Shown here: piece after piece, positions 28,395 to 38,171 of the stretch
How the letters are laid out: each line of letters begins with the position of its first letter
Position numbering within the stretch: position 1 is the first letter of the stretch
NCBI GenBank assembly: GCA_947381875.1
Contig: CANCXY010000001.1
Coordinates: 1-55,905, forward strand
From: an uncultured Clostridia bacterium
GTDB lineage: Bacteria > Bacillota > Clostridia > Oscillospirales > Ruminococcaceae
Direction of reading: 5' to 3'
Length of the DNA: 55,905 nt
Program-made: the position numbers and the translations under genes
Notes under the pieces: generated by a model
Database searches by the model: none
Seen by the model: only the letters and a program-made list of their open reading frames with translations
Told to the model about the DNA's origin: nothing

Positions 28395-28464
28395 GGGAGC
28401 CGCCCCAGAGGCTCCGCCTCTGGACTCCGCCAAAGGGGCGCGGCCCCTTTGGAAACCCATCCTG
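28395..28464. repeat. Family A repeat, copy 7
   Basis: CCAGAGGC-TCC-GCCTCTGGACTCCGCCAAAGGGGC-GCG-GCCCCTTTGGAAACCCATCCTG; abuts the fliA stop codon. Confidence 0.9.
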
Positions 28465-29241
28465 TCAGCCGTTCCTGTAGTCGCTGAGCGCGGCGCGCAG
28501 GCGCTGTACGGCGCTTTTTTTGATGAGGCAGATGCGCTGTTCACTCACGCCCATCACCTCGCCAATCTCCCGCAGTTTCAGATGCTCGAAATAGTACAGG
28601 GAAATGACGGTGCGCTCCTGCCCCTGTAAATTGTCGATGGCGCGGGCCAGCGCCTTGCGCAGTTCGCTGTTGTCTAAAAGGGCGATCGGGTCGTCCTCGT
28701 CCACTACGTCGCTGTATTCAAGCTGCTGCTGTGAGAGGAAGTCGGAATCCGCCCCGGCGGCGTAATCGCCCGCCAGCTCGGCCATGCGTTTGAGCAGCTC
28801 CTCAAACGAAATGCCCAGATAAGCCGCGATCTCTTTTTTGGTGGGGTACCGACCCAGTGTCATTGCCAATTTGTTCTGCGCCTCGGCGATCTGTATCTCG
28901 TTGCGGCGCATGCGTCTTGGCAGGTGGTCCTGCTTGCGCACATAGTCGATGACCGCGCTGCGCACCTTCGTAAACAGGTAGGCCGTCAGGTTGACTTCGC
29001 TCTCGAAATCGTACTTTTCCAGGCCCTCTAAAATCGCAATCATGCCCTGGTTGGTGATGTCTGTGGGGGTCGCGAAGCGGTAATAGGTTGTGTACAGATT
29101 GGACGCCACCGATTCGGCAATGCTGGCGTAGCGCATGGCAATTTCATTGCGCAGCTCTGTGGAACGGTCGGCCCTGTACATTTCCAGTAGCGTTTCCACA
29201 GGTAGCGGCTCCCGCTCCGGTGGTCCTGATCGGACTGCCAA
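28465..29241 (-). CDS. fliA: Flagellar sigma-28 factor (FliA/SigD/WhiG family)
   Basis: IDYVRKQDHLPR, LGRYPT..EIAAYLG, ISLYYFEHLKLREIGEVMGVSEQRI; region 2 is divergent. Confidence 0.88.
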   Translation of the reverse strand: MAVRSGPPEREPLPVETLLEMYRADRSTELRNEIAMRYASIAESVASNLYTTYYRFATPTDITNQGMIAILEGLEKYDFESEVNLTAYLFTKVRSAVIDYVRKQDHLPRRMRRNEIQIAEAQNKLAMTLGRYPTKKEIAAYLGISFEELLKRMAELAGDYAAGADSDFLSQQQLEYSDVVDEDDPIALLDNSELRKALARAIDNLQGQERTVISLYYFEHLKLREIGEVMGVSEQRICLIKKSAVQRLRAALSDYRNG

Positions 29242-29319
29242 ACTTCACCATCCCCCTTCCCGCGGCCGGCAGCGCCAGGCCGCTTGATTCATCCTGCTAT
29301 GCAGCAAACATATAAATCC

Positions 29320-29356
29320 TGCTGTTTTTCCCCGCCGGAGGCGGGGAAAAACAGCA
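29320..29356. repeat. Family B short palindrome
   Basis: TGCTGTTTTTCCCCGCC-GGA-GGCGGGGAAAAACAGCA, 17-bp perfect stem. Confidence 0.8.
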
Positions 29357-29371
29357 AAGCAATTCCCCAGA

Positions 29372-31435
29372 TTATGCGGCGGAAATATTGCCCAATGCCT
29401 GTATTTTGATATCGGTGTCGATCTCGTTGAACGAAAGGATCGTCACGCGCATGCTGAACTGATCCAACAGCCGTTTGTAGTACAGGCGCACGATCGGAGA
29501 AGTGAGGATGATCGGCGTCTGCACTAAGTCGCGGATCTTGTCGACCTCGCGGGTGGTCGCGCCAATGATATCCTGTATCTGTTTCGGTTCCAGCGCCAGA
29601 TACGAACCGTTCTCCACCTTCTTCACGGACCCCATGATCGTGTTTTCGATCTCGGCGTCCAGGCTGATGACTTTCATCTGGCCCGAATCGGCAAAACGGT
29701 GTGTGATTGTGCGTTTGAGCGCCTGCCGCACATGCTCGGTGAGCATATCCATGTCTTTGACGGTGGGCGCGTAGTCGGCCAGCGTCTCTAAAATCGTGTC
29801 CATATCGCGCACTGGCACGCCCTCGCGCAGAAGGTTGCACAAGATCTTTTGCAGCGTGCCCACGGAGACGATAGCCGGGACCGTATCGTTGACAAGCGCC
29901 TCGCTGGTCTTGCGCAGGTTCGCCAGCATATTGTTGACTTCCTGCCGGTTCAACAGCTCGTGCGCGTGCGCCTTGATGACCTCGGAGAGGTGCGTAATCA
30001 TCACGCTGGACGCGTCGATCAGCGTATAGCCCGCCATTTCGGCCTGCACGCGTTTGTCCTCGCTGATCCACTTCGCCGGGATGCCGAACGCGGGATCTAC
30101 GGTGTCGATGCCATCTACCGTGCGGTCGCCGCCCTCTGGCAGCAGCGCCAGGTAGTGGTCGACCAGCACCTCGCCCATCGCCACCTGCTCACCCTTGATA
30201 TTGATGACATACTGGTTCGGGTTCAGCAGGCCGCTGTCCTTCACGCGCACCGACGGGAACACAAGGCCCATTTCAGAGGCAAACTGTTTGCGGAACATGA
30301 CAACGCGGTCCATGAAATTGCCGCCGCTGTTCTCGTCAATCAACGGGATCAGGCTGTAGCCGAATTCCATCGAAACGGGATCGACTTTGAGCAGGCCATA
30401 CACATTGTCGATATTGCGGTAGAACGCCGCCTCGCTCGTGACCTCCTCGGTGACAGTGGGGCCTTCGGGGCCTGCCGCGGCTGCTGCCGCCTGCTGCTTC
30501 GTCTGCCCGCTGCGCAGGAGGATGATGCCCAGTACCATCAGGATAACCGACATCGTGAGGACCTGCGCGGCCGGGAAACCGATGAACAGCAGCATGGCCA
30601 TGGCGAGTGATGCCATAATCAGCACCAGCGGCTGGGAGAGGAACTGGTGCGCGACATCCTCGTTGAGGTTGTTCTCCGAAGCGGAGCGCGTGACAAGCAT
30701 ACCAGTCGCCACCGAAATGAGCAGCGCCGGGATCTGGCTCATCAGGCCGTCGCCGACCGTAGCGGTGGAATAAATCTGCATGATCTCGTTGAAGGTGCCC
30801 TCGCCGTTGATCATGCCGATAATGACGCCGCCGATCAGGTTGATAAACGTGGTGACAAGCGACATGATGGCGTCACCCTTCACGAACTTCGTAGCACCAT
30901 CCATGGAGCCGAAGAAGTCCGCCTCGCGCTGGATCTTGGAGCGGCGGGTGCGCGCGGTCTCCTCGTCAATCAGGCCGGAGCTGAGGTCGGCGTCAATCGC
31001 CATCTGCTTGCCGGGCATGGCGTCCAGCGTGAAGCGGGCGGATACCTCGGCCACGCGCTCGGAGCCTTTGGTAATGACGAGGAACTGCACCAGTACAATG
31101 ATGAGGAAGATAATCAGGCCCACCACAACATTGCCCTGGATCACGAACTGGCCGAACGTCGCAATGACCTGGCCCGCGTCGCCGTGGTTCGTCAGGATCT
31201 TGCGCGTCGACGACACGTTCAGCGCGAGGCGGAACAGCGTCGTGATCAAAAGCAGCGAGGGGAACACCGAAAATTCCAGCGCTTCCCGGATATACATCGT
31301 CGTAAGCAGGATGACAAACGACAATGTGAGGTTTGTGATGAACATAAAGTCCAGCACAGCGGTGGGCAGCGGGATAATCAATAAGAAAATGACGCCCACG
31401 ACCATCGCCGAAACAACGTTATTGAACAGCTTCAA
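29372..31435 (-). CDS. flhA: Flagellar export gate protein
   Basis: RVAEVSARFTLDAMPGKQMAIDADL, FFGSMDGATKFVKGDA. Confidence 0.97.
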   Translation of the reverse strand: MKLFNNVVSAMVVGVIFLLIIPLPTAVLDFMFITNLTLSFVILLTTMYIREALEFSVFPSLLLITTLFRLALNVSSTRKILTNHGDAGQVIATFGQFVIQGNVVVGLIIFLIIVLVQFLVITKGSERVAEVSARFTLDAMPGKQMAIDADLSSGLIDEETARTRRSKIQREADFFGSMDGATKFVKGDAIMSLVTTFINLIGGVIIGMINGEGTFNEIMQIYSTATVGDGLMSQIPALLISVATGMLVTRSASENNLNEDVAHQFLSQPLVLIMASLAMAMLLFIGFPAAQVLTMSVILMVLGIILLRSGQTKQQAAAAAAGPEGPTVTEEVTSEAAFYRNIDNVYGLLKVDPVSMEFGYSLIPLIDENSGGNFMDRVVMFRKQFASEMGLVFPSVRVKDSGLLNPNQYVINIKGEQVAMGEVLVDHYLALLPEGGDRTVDGIDTVDPAFGIPAKWISEDKRVQAEMAGYTLIDASSVMITHLSEVIKAHAHELLNRQEVNNMLANLRKTSEALVNDTVPAIVSVGTLQKILCNLLREGVPVRDMDTILETLADYAPTVKDMDMLTEHVRQALKRTITHRFADSGQMKVISLDAEIENTIMGSVKKVENGSYLALEPKQIQDIIGATTREVDKIRDLVQTPIILTSPIVRLYYKRLLDQFSMRVTILSFNEIDTDIKIQALGNISAA

Positions 31436-31436
31436 A

Positions 31437-32498
31437 TCAGTTCAGTTCCTTTTTCTTCAGGTTATATACGAATGCCAGCACCTCAGCCACGGGCTGATAG
31501 AACTGGTCCGGTATTTCCGCATTCAATTCAACGTTCTCATACAGCCCGCGCGCCAGGGGCTTGTTTTCCATCGTGACGATATCGTGCTTTTCGGCAATGG
31601 CAACAATGCGCAGCGCCAAACTGTCCATGCCTTTCGCAATCACGACCGGGGCGCGGTTGTGTTCCGGGTCGTATTGCAGCGCCACAGCGAAGTGCGTCGG
31701 GTTGCGGATGACGACATCGGCGTTGGGCACGTTCTGCATCATACGGCGGCGCGCCATGGCGTTCTGCTTCTCGCGGATCTTGCCCTTCACCTGCGGGTCG
31801 CCTTCGGTCTGTTTGTATTCTTCCTTAATCTCCTGCTTGCTCATGCGCAGGTTTTTTTCATATTCCCACCATTGGTACAGATAATCGGCGGCGGCCACAA
31901 AAACCATGATGATGGCGACCGTTTTCACAATGCCCATCATCATGCTGCCCGCCGTGACAAGCGCCTGCTGGATCGTCATATCCATCAGCATGGGGATCGT
32001 GGCAATCTCGTCTTTCAGCGAGTTCCAGATCACAATGCCTAAGATCACGATCTTCAAAATGGATTTCAACAGCTCCACCAGCCCGCGCAGGGAAAACAGG
32101 CGCTTAAACCCCTGGAGGGGGTTCATCCGGCTGAACTTGGGTTTGAGGAGCTGGAACGAGACAAGGCCGCGCGTCTGCGCGATGGTCGCGATGATGGAGG
32201 CCAGGCCGACAATCAGCATCACCGGCAGGATGGTGGACCCGAAGCACAGGCCGACCTTGATAAAGACGGTGCGCGTCTCGGTCAGCGTGACATTTTCCAC
32301 GCTCGCGCCCAAAGAGATAAATTCGGTGATGGCGTTTTCCAGCCGCGAAAGGATCCACGGCCCCAAAAGCTGTAAGCTGAAAAACACGGCGACCAGCGAA
32401 AGCAGCGGGGCCACTTCCGCGCTCTGGAATATATTACCTTTTTTCCGTTCGTCCTGTTTTCGTTTCGGGGTTGCTTTCTCGGTTTTTTCGTCCGCCAA
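31437..32498 (-). CDS. flhB: Flagellar export switch protein
   Basis: EKTEKATPKR, EGDPQVK, NPTH autocleavage motif. Confidence 0.97.
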   Translation of the reverse strand: MADEKTEKATPKRKQDERKKGNIFQSAEVAPLLSLVAVFFSLQLLGPWILSRLENAITEFISLGASVENVTLTETRTVFIKVGLCFGSTILPVMLIVGLASIIATIAQTRGLVSFQLLKPKFSRMNPLQGFKRLFSLRGLVELLKSILKIVILGIVIWNSLKDEIATIPMLMDMTIQQALVTAGSMMMGIVKTVAIIMVFVAAADYLYQWWEYEKNLRMSKQEIKEEYKQTEGDPQVKGKIREKQNAMARRRMMQNVPNADVVIRNPTHFAVALQYDPEHNRAPVVIAKGMDSLALRIVAIAEKHDIVTMENKPLARGLYENVELNAEIPDQFYQPVAEVLAFVYNLKKKELN

Positions 32499-32568
32499 AC
32501 TGCATCCCCCCTTTGCGGCACATCAAACAGTTCTTGCGGCTTTGTGCGGCGGGAAACAATAGACCCTG

Positions 32569-32698
32569 CTGTTTTCCCCCGCCTCCGGCGGGGAAAGACG
32601 GGCAAAATGGATTCCCGCGCGCGAAACAAGGAAATAGAGGATATCTGCATGCGGCGGTTTTCCGTGTATTTTCCCGCCCGCGGGGCGGGGAAATATAC
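32569..32698. repeat. Two family B palindromes in the fliR-flhB spacer
   Basis: TTTTCCCCCGCC-TCC-GGCGGGGAAA (32569-32601) and TATTTTCCCGCCC-GCG-GGGCGGGGAAATA (32664-32698). Confidence 0.75.
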
Positions 32699-32702
32699 AA
32701 AA

Positions 32703-33473
32703 CTACACAAGAAAATAAAGAATATCCTGCATGCGGCGGAACAGCGTGTCGAGGTAATTTGTCAAAAACGTGCCCACCACGGGGGTAAAGGCAAACAGCA
32801 GGAAAAGCCCTAACAGGATCTTCAACTGGATGTTGATGACAAATACATTGATCTGTGGGATAAATTTCATCAGAATGCCGATGGAAAATTCCATAATCAG
32901 CTCCATCGCCACAAACGGCAGGGAGAGCTGCACCGCGAGGCTGAACGCATAGGAGAACAACTCAAACATGAACTGCGCAACGTTCTGCGTAATCACGCCC
33001 TGCCCTGGCGGGATGATGAGGTATGAGGATGTGAACAGCCGGATCAGAATATGGTGGCTGTTCGTCGCGAACAGGTAGAGGATAAAAAACAGGTTGAGGT
33101 AGTTGCTGGACACCGACATCTGAATATTGGTGTTGGGGTTGAACGCGCGCGCCATGGAAAGCCCGAAAGCCATATCCATCTGGTCGCCCGCGAAAATAAG
33201 CATATAATAGAATACCTGGAACACGCACCCACACACAAAGCCGACCGCCAGCTCCCGGAACAGCGCCCCCACCATCTGTACAGTGGTGTAGCGCGTGAAC
33301 GGCTCGGCGGAAAGGCCGGGCGCGACAAGCATCGTCAGACTGATTACAAACCCCATACGCGCCGCCGCGGGCACGCCGCGGCGGGAAAGCAGCGGGTTAA
33401 ACGCCAGCATGCCCGTGAAGCGCACAAACACGAGCATCAGCACGGCCATCTGTTCATACAGCGTTTCAAACAT
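32703..33473 (-). CDS. fliR: Flagellar export protein
   Basis: LVFVRFTG, AGDQMDMAFGLSMA..FNP, PQINVFV. Confidence 0.95.
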   Translation of the reverse strand: MFETLYEQMAVLMLVFVRFTGMLAFNPLLSRRGVPAAARMGFVISLTMLVAPGLSAEPFTRYTTVQMVGALFRELAVGFVCGCVFQVFYYMLIFAGDQMDMAFGLSMARAFNPNTNIQMSVSSNYLNLFFILYLFATNSHHILIRLFTSSYLIIPPGQGVITQNVAQFMFELFSYAFSLAVQLSLPFVAMELIMEFSIGILMKFIPQINVFVINIQLKILLGLFLLFAFTPVVGTFLTNYLDTLFRRMQDILYFLV

Positions 33474-33476
33474 AGG

Positions 33477-33740
33477 CTACATCAGGGCGAACTGCGTGAA
33501 CAGGCTGTTGACGTAATCGCCCATTGTCGTCATCATCCACGGCCCTAAGAGCAGCAGCATCAGCGCGATGGCGATCAACTTCGGCACAAAGGTGAGCGTC
33601 TGCTCATGGATCTGCGTGGCCGCCTGGAATATCGCGATGATAAGGCCAATCACGATACTGACGATCAGCATGGGCATTGTCAGCTTTAACGCGACAACAA
33701 GCGCGCCGCGCAGGATATCCATCACCTGCCCCTGCGTCAT
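33477..33740 (-). CDS. fliQ: Flagellar export protein
   Basis: IFQAATQIHEQTLTFVPK. Confidence 0.97.
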   Translation of the reverse strand: MTQGQVMDILRGALVVALKLTMPMLIVSIVIGLIIAIFQAATQIHEQTLTFVPKLIAIALMLLLLGPWMMTTMGDYVNSLFTQFALM

Positions 33741-33768
33741 GTCCTGCCCCCTCCCTCTCGTATCGCAC

Positions 33769-33922
33769 GGAAATCAATCCTGCTTTCCCCCGCCTTCGGC
33801 GGGGGAAAGCATCATGTGTGGAAATCCATCCTGCTTTTCCCTGCCTTCGGCGGGGGAAAGCATCATGTGTGGAAATCCATCCTGCTTTTCCCCGCCCCCG
33901 GCGGGGGAAAAGCATCATGTGC
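33769..33922. repeat. Three tandem 51-52 bp units, each with a family B palindrome and a copy of the fliP stop context
   Basis: Units start at 33769, 33820 and 33871: GGAAATCMATCCTGCTTT..GCC-TTC-GGCGGGGGAAAGCATCATGTG. Confidence 0.92.
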
Positions 33923-34739
33923 GGAAGCCGGCAATCAGGCTGCTGAAAAGCTGCCCCCAGCCATCCACCAGCACGAACAGCATGACCTTGAACGGCAGCG
34001 CAATCGTGGTAGGCGGCAGCATCACCATGCCCATAGACATCAGCGCGCTGGACACCACCATGTCGATGATGAGGAACGGGATGAAGATCATAAAGCCTAT
34101 CGAAAACGCGCGCTTCATCTCGCTGGTGGCAAACGCGGGCACAACGATTGTCATATCCAGCTCCATCAGGTCCTCGTTCGTCGGCGTCTCCACCAGCTCC
34201 AGGCCGAACCTGTCCTTCGCAATGCCCAGGAACAGGTTCAGGTCCTCGGTGCGGGTCTCTTTGAGCATAAAGCGCTTGATCGGCACCTCGGCGCGCTCCA
34301 AAGCCGTCTCCTGCGTGATTGCGCCGCGCACATACGGGTCGTAGGCATCCTCTTTGATCTCGGTGATGACCGGGCTCATGATAAACAGCGTGAGGAACAG
34401 CGCAAGGCCAATCAGCACCTGATTCGGCGGTGACTGCTGCGTCCCCAACGCGCTGCGCACGAACGACAGCACAATGATGATGCGCAGGAAACTTGTCACC
34501 ATCACCAGGATAGACGGAGCCAGCGCCAGCAGCGCGAGGATGAAGATGGCGTCCAACAGGCCGAACTGCGAGGAATCCCCCGCTTCGCCGGAGCCAAGGT
34601 CGACGCTGAAGATCGGCGCAGCACAGGCGACGGAGAGCGCCCCCAGCACAATCGCCGTACAAAGCGCCGCAAGCACGAAACGCCGGGCCTGCTTCTTTAG
34701 CTGGGCCTTACGCTCCGTGCGTGTCCGCTCCCTGCTCAT
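33915..34739 (-). CDS. fliP: Flagellar export protein
   Basis: TSFLRIIIVLS, QSPPNQVLIGLALFLT, GMVMLPP, LPFK..LFVLVDGW; ATG 34739 with AGGAGG. Confidence 0.96.
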   Translation of the reverse strand: MSRERTRTERKAQLKKQARRFVLAALCTAIVLGALSVACAAPIFSVDLGSGEAGDSSQFGLLDAIFILALLALAPSILVMVTSFLRIIIVLSFVRSALGTQQSPPNQVLIGLALFLTLFIMSPVITEIKEDAYDPYVRGAITQETALERAEVPIKRFMLKETRTEDLNLFLGIAKDRFGLELVETPTNEDLMELDMTIVVPAFATSEMKRAFSIGFMIFIPFLIIDMVVSSALMSMGMVMLPPTTIALPFKVMLFVLVDGWGQLFSSLIAGFRT

Positions 34740-35091
34740 TGCCGCCCTCCTTTCCCGCCTTTGAGGCAAACGCGTGTTTGAACACATTCAGGAACGCGCT
34801 GTCTCTCCCCGGCTCCCCGTCGCCTGGCGGCAGGCTGGCGGGGTCAAGCTCCTCGATCCTCTCAATGTGCTGGCCTGTAACGCCGATCAGGAACGCCCGA
34901 TCCGCCGCCTTCACGATGAGGAGCTGCTTATCCGTGCCCAAGCCGACGCGCTCCACTATTTCGATCATCTTCCCCTTGTTCTGTATGGCGTAGCCGCGGC
35001 CAAGCAGCCGCACCGACCACGCCGCCAGCACAAGGACCAGAATGAACATTGCGAAAGCGCCGACCAGGGACAGGATGTCTCCCGGCTGCAT
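34708..35091 (-). CDS. fliO: Flagellar biosynthesis protein FliO
   Basis: Single N-terminal TM, IEIVERVGLGTDKQLLIVK..FLIGVT; position before fliP. Confidence 0.88.
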   Translation of the reverse strand: MQPGDILSLVGAFAMFILVLVLAAWSVRLLGRGYAIQNKGKMIEIVERVGLGTDKQLLIVKAADRAFLIGVTGQHIERIEELDPASLPPGDGEPGRDSAFLNVFKHAFASKAGKEGGNEQGADTHGA

Positions 35092-35097
35092 GGAAAA

Positions 35098-35460
35098 TCA
35101 GCCCAGGATGGTGGATACGGTCTTGAGCAGGCGATCGGGCTTGAAGGGCTTTACGATAAAGTCGAGCGCGCCCAAGTTGATGGCCTCAATCACCATCGCC
35201 TCCTGGCCCATGGCCGAACACATAACGACCTTCGCCGTCGCGTCGATTTCCTTGATGGCCTTCAGCGCCTGCAATCCGTCCATCTCCGGCATCGTGATAT
35301 CCATGATAACAAGGTCCGGGCGCTCCGCGTTGAACTTCTCCACCGCCTGGATGCCATTGCCCGCGTCGCACAGGTTGGTGTACCCAGCCTTTTTCAGCGT
35401 GTTCTGCACTGTTGTACGCATAAATACCGCATCGTCCACTACCAGAATCTTTTTGTCCAT
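35098..35460 (-). CDS. cheY: Chemotaxis response regulator
   Basis: ILVVDDAVFMR, MDITMPEMDG, CSAMGQ, DFIVKPF. Confidence 0.95.
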   Translation of the reverse strand: MDKKILVVDDAVFMRTTVQNTLKKAGYTNLCDAGNGIQAVEKFNAERPDLVIMDITMPEMDGLQALKAIKEIDATAKVVMCSAMGQEAMVIEAINLGALDFIVKPFKPDRLLKTVSTILG

Positions 35461-35623
35461 AAAAAACTACTCCTTTATGTTTGGATGGAATGGGCGTCAA
35501 TGGGGGCCGCTGGGATATTTCCATGTGTTTCCCCACCCGGCGGGACGGAGACACACACAAAAACTTCCGCTTCGGCACTCCCCTTATTTATCTTCAAGTA
35601 AGCCTCCGCTTACGGGGGTACGG

Positions 35624-37039
35624 TCAAATATTTTCCTCTTTCAAGCTGTCCATCAGCTCTTTCGTGCCGACAATCTCGGTAATGCGCACACCGAAGTTGT
35701 CGTCGATTACCACCACGTCGCCATGCGCCAGCAGCCGACCGTTCACCATAATATCTACGGGCGCGCCCGCCTGTTTATCCAGCTCTATGACAGTGCCCTG
35801 CCCAAACTCGACAATATCCTTGATCTTGCGCTTCGTTTTGCCAATCTGCACCGCCACGTCCAGGTTCACGCCGAGCAGCAGATCCATATTGCCGCCCTGC
35901 GGCCCCGGCATTACCTGCGGGGTATAGGTCGGGAACTGGGTATTCTTGATGGTGATGGGCTGCTGGTCGCTGTAGGGCGCCATGCCGGGCTGCGGGTACA
36001 TATAGGGGTTCGGCGCATACTGCGGCATATAGCCGCCGTTCGGATATCCCGGCATCTGCGCGGCCTGCGGGTATTGCGGCATACCGGGGTACTGCGGCAT
36101 CTGGCCGGGCATCCCCTGCTGGGGCATCTGGCCCATCTGGCCCGGCATGCCCTGCTGGGGCATCTGGCCCATCTGACCCGGCATCCCCTGCTGCGGCATC
36201 TGCGTCATAGGCTGCTGTGCCGCCTGCTGTGCGGCCGCCATCTGCTGCGAAGCCGCAGCCTGCGCGGCGGCGGCCTGCTGCTGGATGAGGCGGTCGGTCT
36301 CCGACTGGCTCATCACGCCGCCTGTGCCTGCCGCCGAAGGGGCGGGCGCGGAAGGCTGCGGGGCGGGCGCCGGCATGGGCGCGGGGGCCGGGGCCGGCTC
36401 GTTCTCCTCAATCGCGCCGATCTGGTCTTCCGTCTGCGAGGTGACGCGCGAGACGATCTCCTTTGCCAGCGCAATGGGCAGCACACTGGCAAAATCGCTG
36501 GACATGACGCCCACGATATCCAGCTTAAAGGTGATGGAGACAATCTCCTCCTCGTCCGTCACGCCAATGGCGTCCTGGTACTCGTGCTCGGAGGAGACGA
36601 TCTTGGCCTCCGGGGTGGAAATATTCACCACCATGCCGAGGAACTCGGAAAGCGCCGTCGCGGAGGAGCCCATCATCTGGTTCATCACTTCGCACGCAGC
36701 GCTCATGCTCAGCTCGTCAAATTCAAAGTCATCCGTCGGCTCGTCCTCGTTGCCCATCAGCAGGCCGAGGATGATCTGCATATCGCGCTGACGGAACACC
36801 ATCACGTTTGTACCCGAAAGGCCCTCGACATAGCTGATGGAAACCAGCATCGCCGGTTCCATAGCGGCATAGTCGAGGCTGTCGAATTTTTTCTGCGTTA
36901 CGCTTGGCGTTGAGATGATCACCTGTTTATCCAGCAGATTGGAAACCGCCGTGGCCGCGGAGCCCATGCTGATGTTCATGATCTCGCCAATGGTATCAAG
37001 CTCCATGCTACTAAGGTTTTCCCGCTGATTGTTGTCCAT
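35624..37039 (-). CDS. fliY: Flagellar switch phosphatase FliY (CheC-like plus FliN domains) with long Q/M/P/G linker
   Basis: DTIGEIMNISMGSAATA, SAACEVMNQMMG, C-terminal GDVVVIDDNFGVRITEI. Confidence 0.93.
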   Translation of the reverse strand: MDNNQRENLSSMELDTIGEIMNISMGSAATAVSNLLDKQVIISTPSVTQKKFDSLDYAAMEPAMLVSISYVEGLSGTNVMVFRQRDMQIILGLLMGNEDEPTDDFEFDELSMSAACEVMNQMMGSSATALSEFLGMVVNISTPEAKIVSSEHEYQDAIGVTDEEEIVSITFKLDIVGVMSSDFASVLPIALAKEIVSRVTSQTEDQIGAIEENEPAPAPAPMPAPAPQPSAPAPSAAGTGGVMSQSETDRLIQQQAAAAQAAASQQMAAAQQAAQQPMTQMPQQGMPGQMGQMPQQGMPGQMGQMPQQGMPGQMPQYPGMPQYPQAAQMPGYPNGGYMPQYAPNPYMYPQPGMAPYSDQQPITIKNTQFPTYTPQVMPGPQGGNMDLLLGVNLDVAVQIGKTKRKIKDIVEFGQGTVIELDKQAGAPVDIMVNGRLLAHGDVVVIDDNFGVRITEIVGTKELMDSLKEENI

Positions 37040-38039
37040 TGCTCATCATCTCCGTTTGCTCTACAATATGGTTCAATTTGATCGCTTTCCGTTTCTTTGT
37101 CTCGCCAAGTTTCGCTGTAAACCACTCGGTATTGTCTATATACACGCCGAGATCGCTGTCCACATGCTTGCGCAGCGGGATCACGTCCATTGGCTGAAGA
37201 TTCAATATCTCGCCGAGCGGCATGGTGAACTGGTCGAATACGACGGTCATTTCCAAATCGGATTCGCAGACGTTTTCCAGGATCATCTGCTTTTTCATTC
37301 TTTCCTGGTCGGGGTCCTGCTGCTTCTTCGCTTTGGCGAACTTCCGGCTGAAGCGGTCCACCGTCTGTTCCAACAGCTCGGCGGGGATGCAGATGCTGAA
37401 GGTATTGGTGGTGCCCGCGATGCGGATGTTCATCATGGTAATCACAACGATATCTTCCGGCGCGAAAAGCTGCAGCAGGCGGGGGTTGGTTTCAATGTTT
37501 TCCAGCCGGAAATCAATGTTAAAGGTATTTTTCCACACATCGTCGACGCGACGTGCCACCTGGTTGAGTACGTTCTGTAAAATTGCTATCTCGATATCGG
37601 TAAAGCCGCGCTCAGGGGCAGGGCTGTTGCCTGGACCGCCCAGCAGGCGGTCGAAAAGCTGAAAGCTGAGCGATGAGGTAAGGTCGATCATCAGCGTGGT
37701 GTCATCGCATTCGTTTGTGGTGGAGCTGACACTCAGCAGCCCCAACATGGTATTGTCCGGCAGCGAGTTGCCGTATTCATAAAAGCGCTGCTCCTCGGCA
37801 GCGGCGGCGTCTATCTCACAGGGGATGCGCAGCACGCTGGAAAAATACGAGGCAAGCACGCGCGCCAGCGTCTCCTGCAAACCGTCCAGCGCCTTGAGCT
37901 GTTCCTTTGTAAATTTACGGGGAGCGCGGAAGTCGTATTCTTTCAGCTTCTGCGTGGGCTTTTCAGCTACGTCCGTGCCCCCTGTCGCCATCCTGTTGAG
38001 AAGTGCGTCAATCTGGCTTTGTGATAATTTCTCGGCCAC
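37011..38039 (-). CDS. fliM: Flagellar motor switch protein
   Basis: LSQSQIDALL, YDFRAPRKFTKEQL, DRLLGG, IETNP; GTG 38039 with GGAGG. Confidence 0.95.
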   Translation of the reverse strand: MAEKLSQSQIDALLNRMATGGTDVAEKPTQKLKEYDFRAPRKFTKEQLKALDGLQETLARVLASYFSSVLRIPCEIDAAAAEEQRFYEYGNSLPDNTMLGLLSVSSTTNECDDTTLMIDLTSSLSFQLFDRLLGGPGNSPAPERGFTDIEIAILQNVLNQVARRVDDVWKNTFNIDFRLENIETNPRLLQLFAPEDIVVITMMNIRIAGTTNTFSICIPAELLEQTVDRFSRKFAKAKKQQDPDQERMKKQMILENVCESDLEMTVVFDQFTMPLGEILNLQPMDVIPLRKHVDSDLGVYIDNTEWFTAKLGETKKRKAIKLNHIVEQTEMMSNGQQSAGKP

Positions 38040-38101
38040 CTGTACTCTCCTCCCGTACTCTGTTTTCCGGGAAGTGCCCAAGCCGCAAGGGTGCTCCCCG
38101 T

Positions 38102-38132
38102 GCGTTTCCCCGCCCGCCGGGTGGGGAAACGC
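38102..38132. repeat. Family B short palindrome
   Basis: GCGTTTCCCCGCCC-GCC-GGGTGGGGAAACGC. Confidence 0.75.
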
Positions 38133-38171
38133 TCAAAGACCCCTTGCTCCGGCCACTCCCGTCTTCCGCCG

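Noticed and set aside
33769..33922. Possible mini CRISPR array (palindromic repeats at regular spacing)
   Set aside because: The intervening sequence is repeated too, so there are no unique spacers; no cas genes or leader nearby
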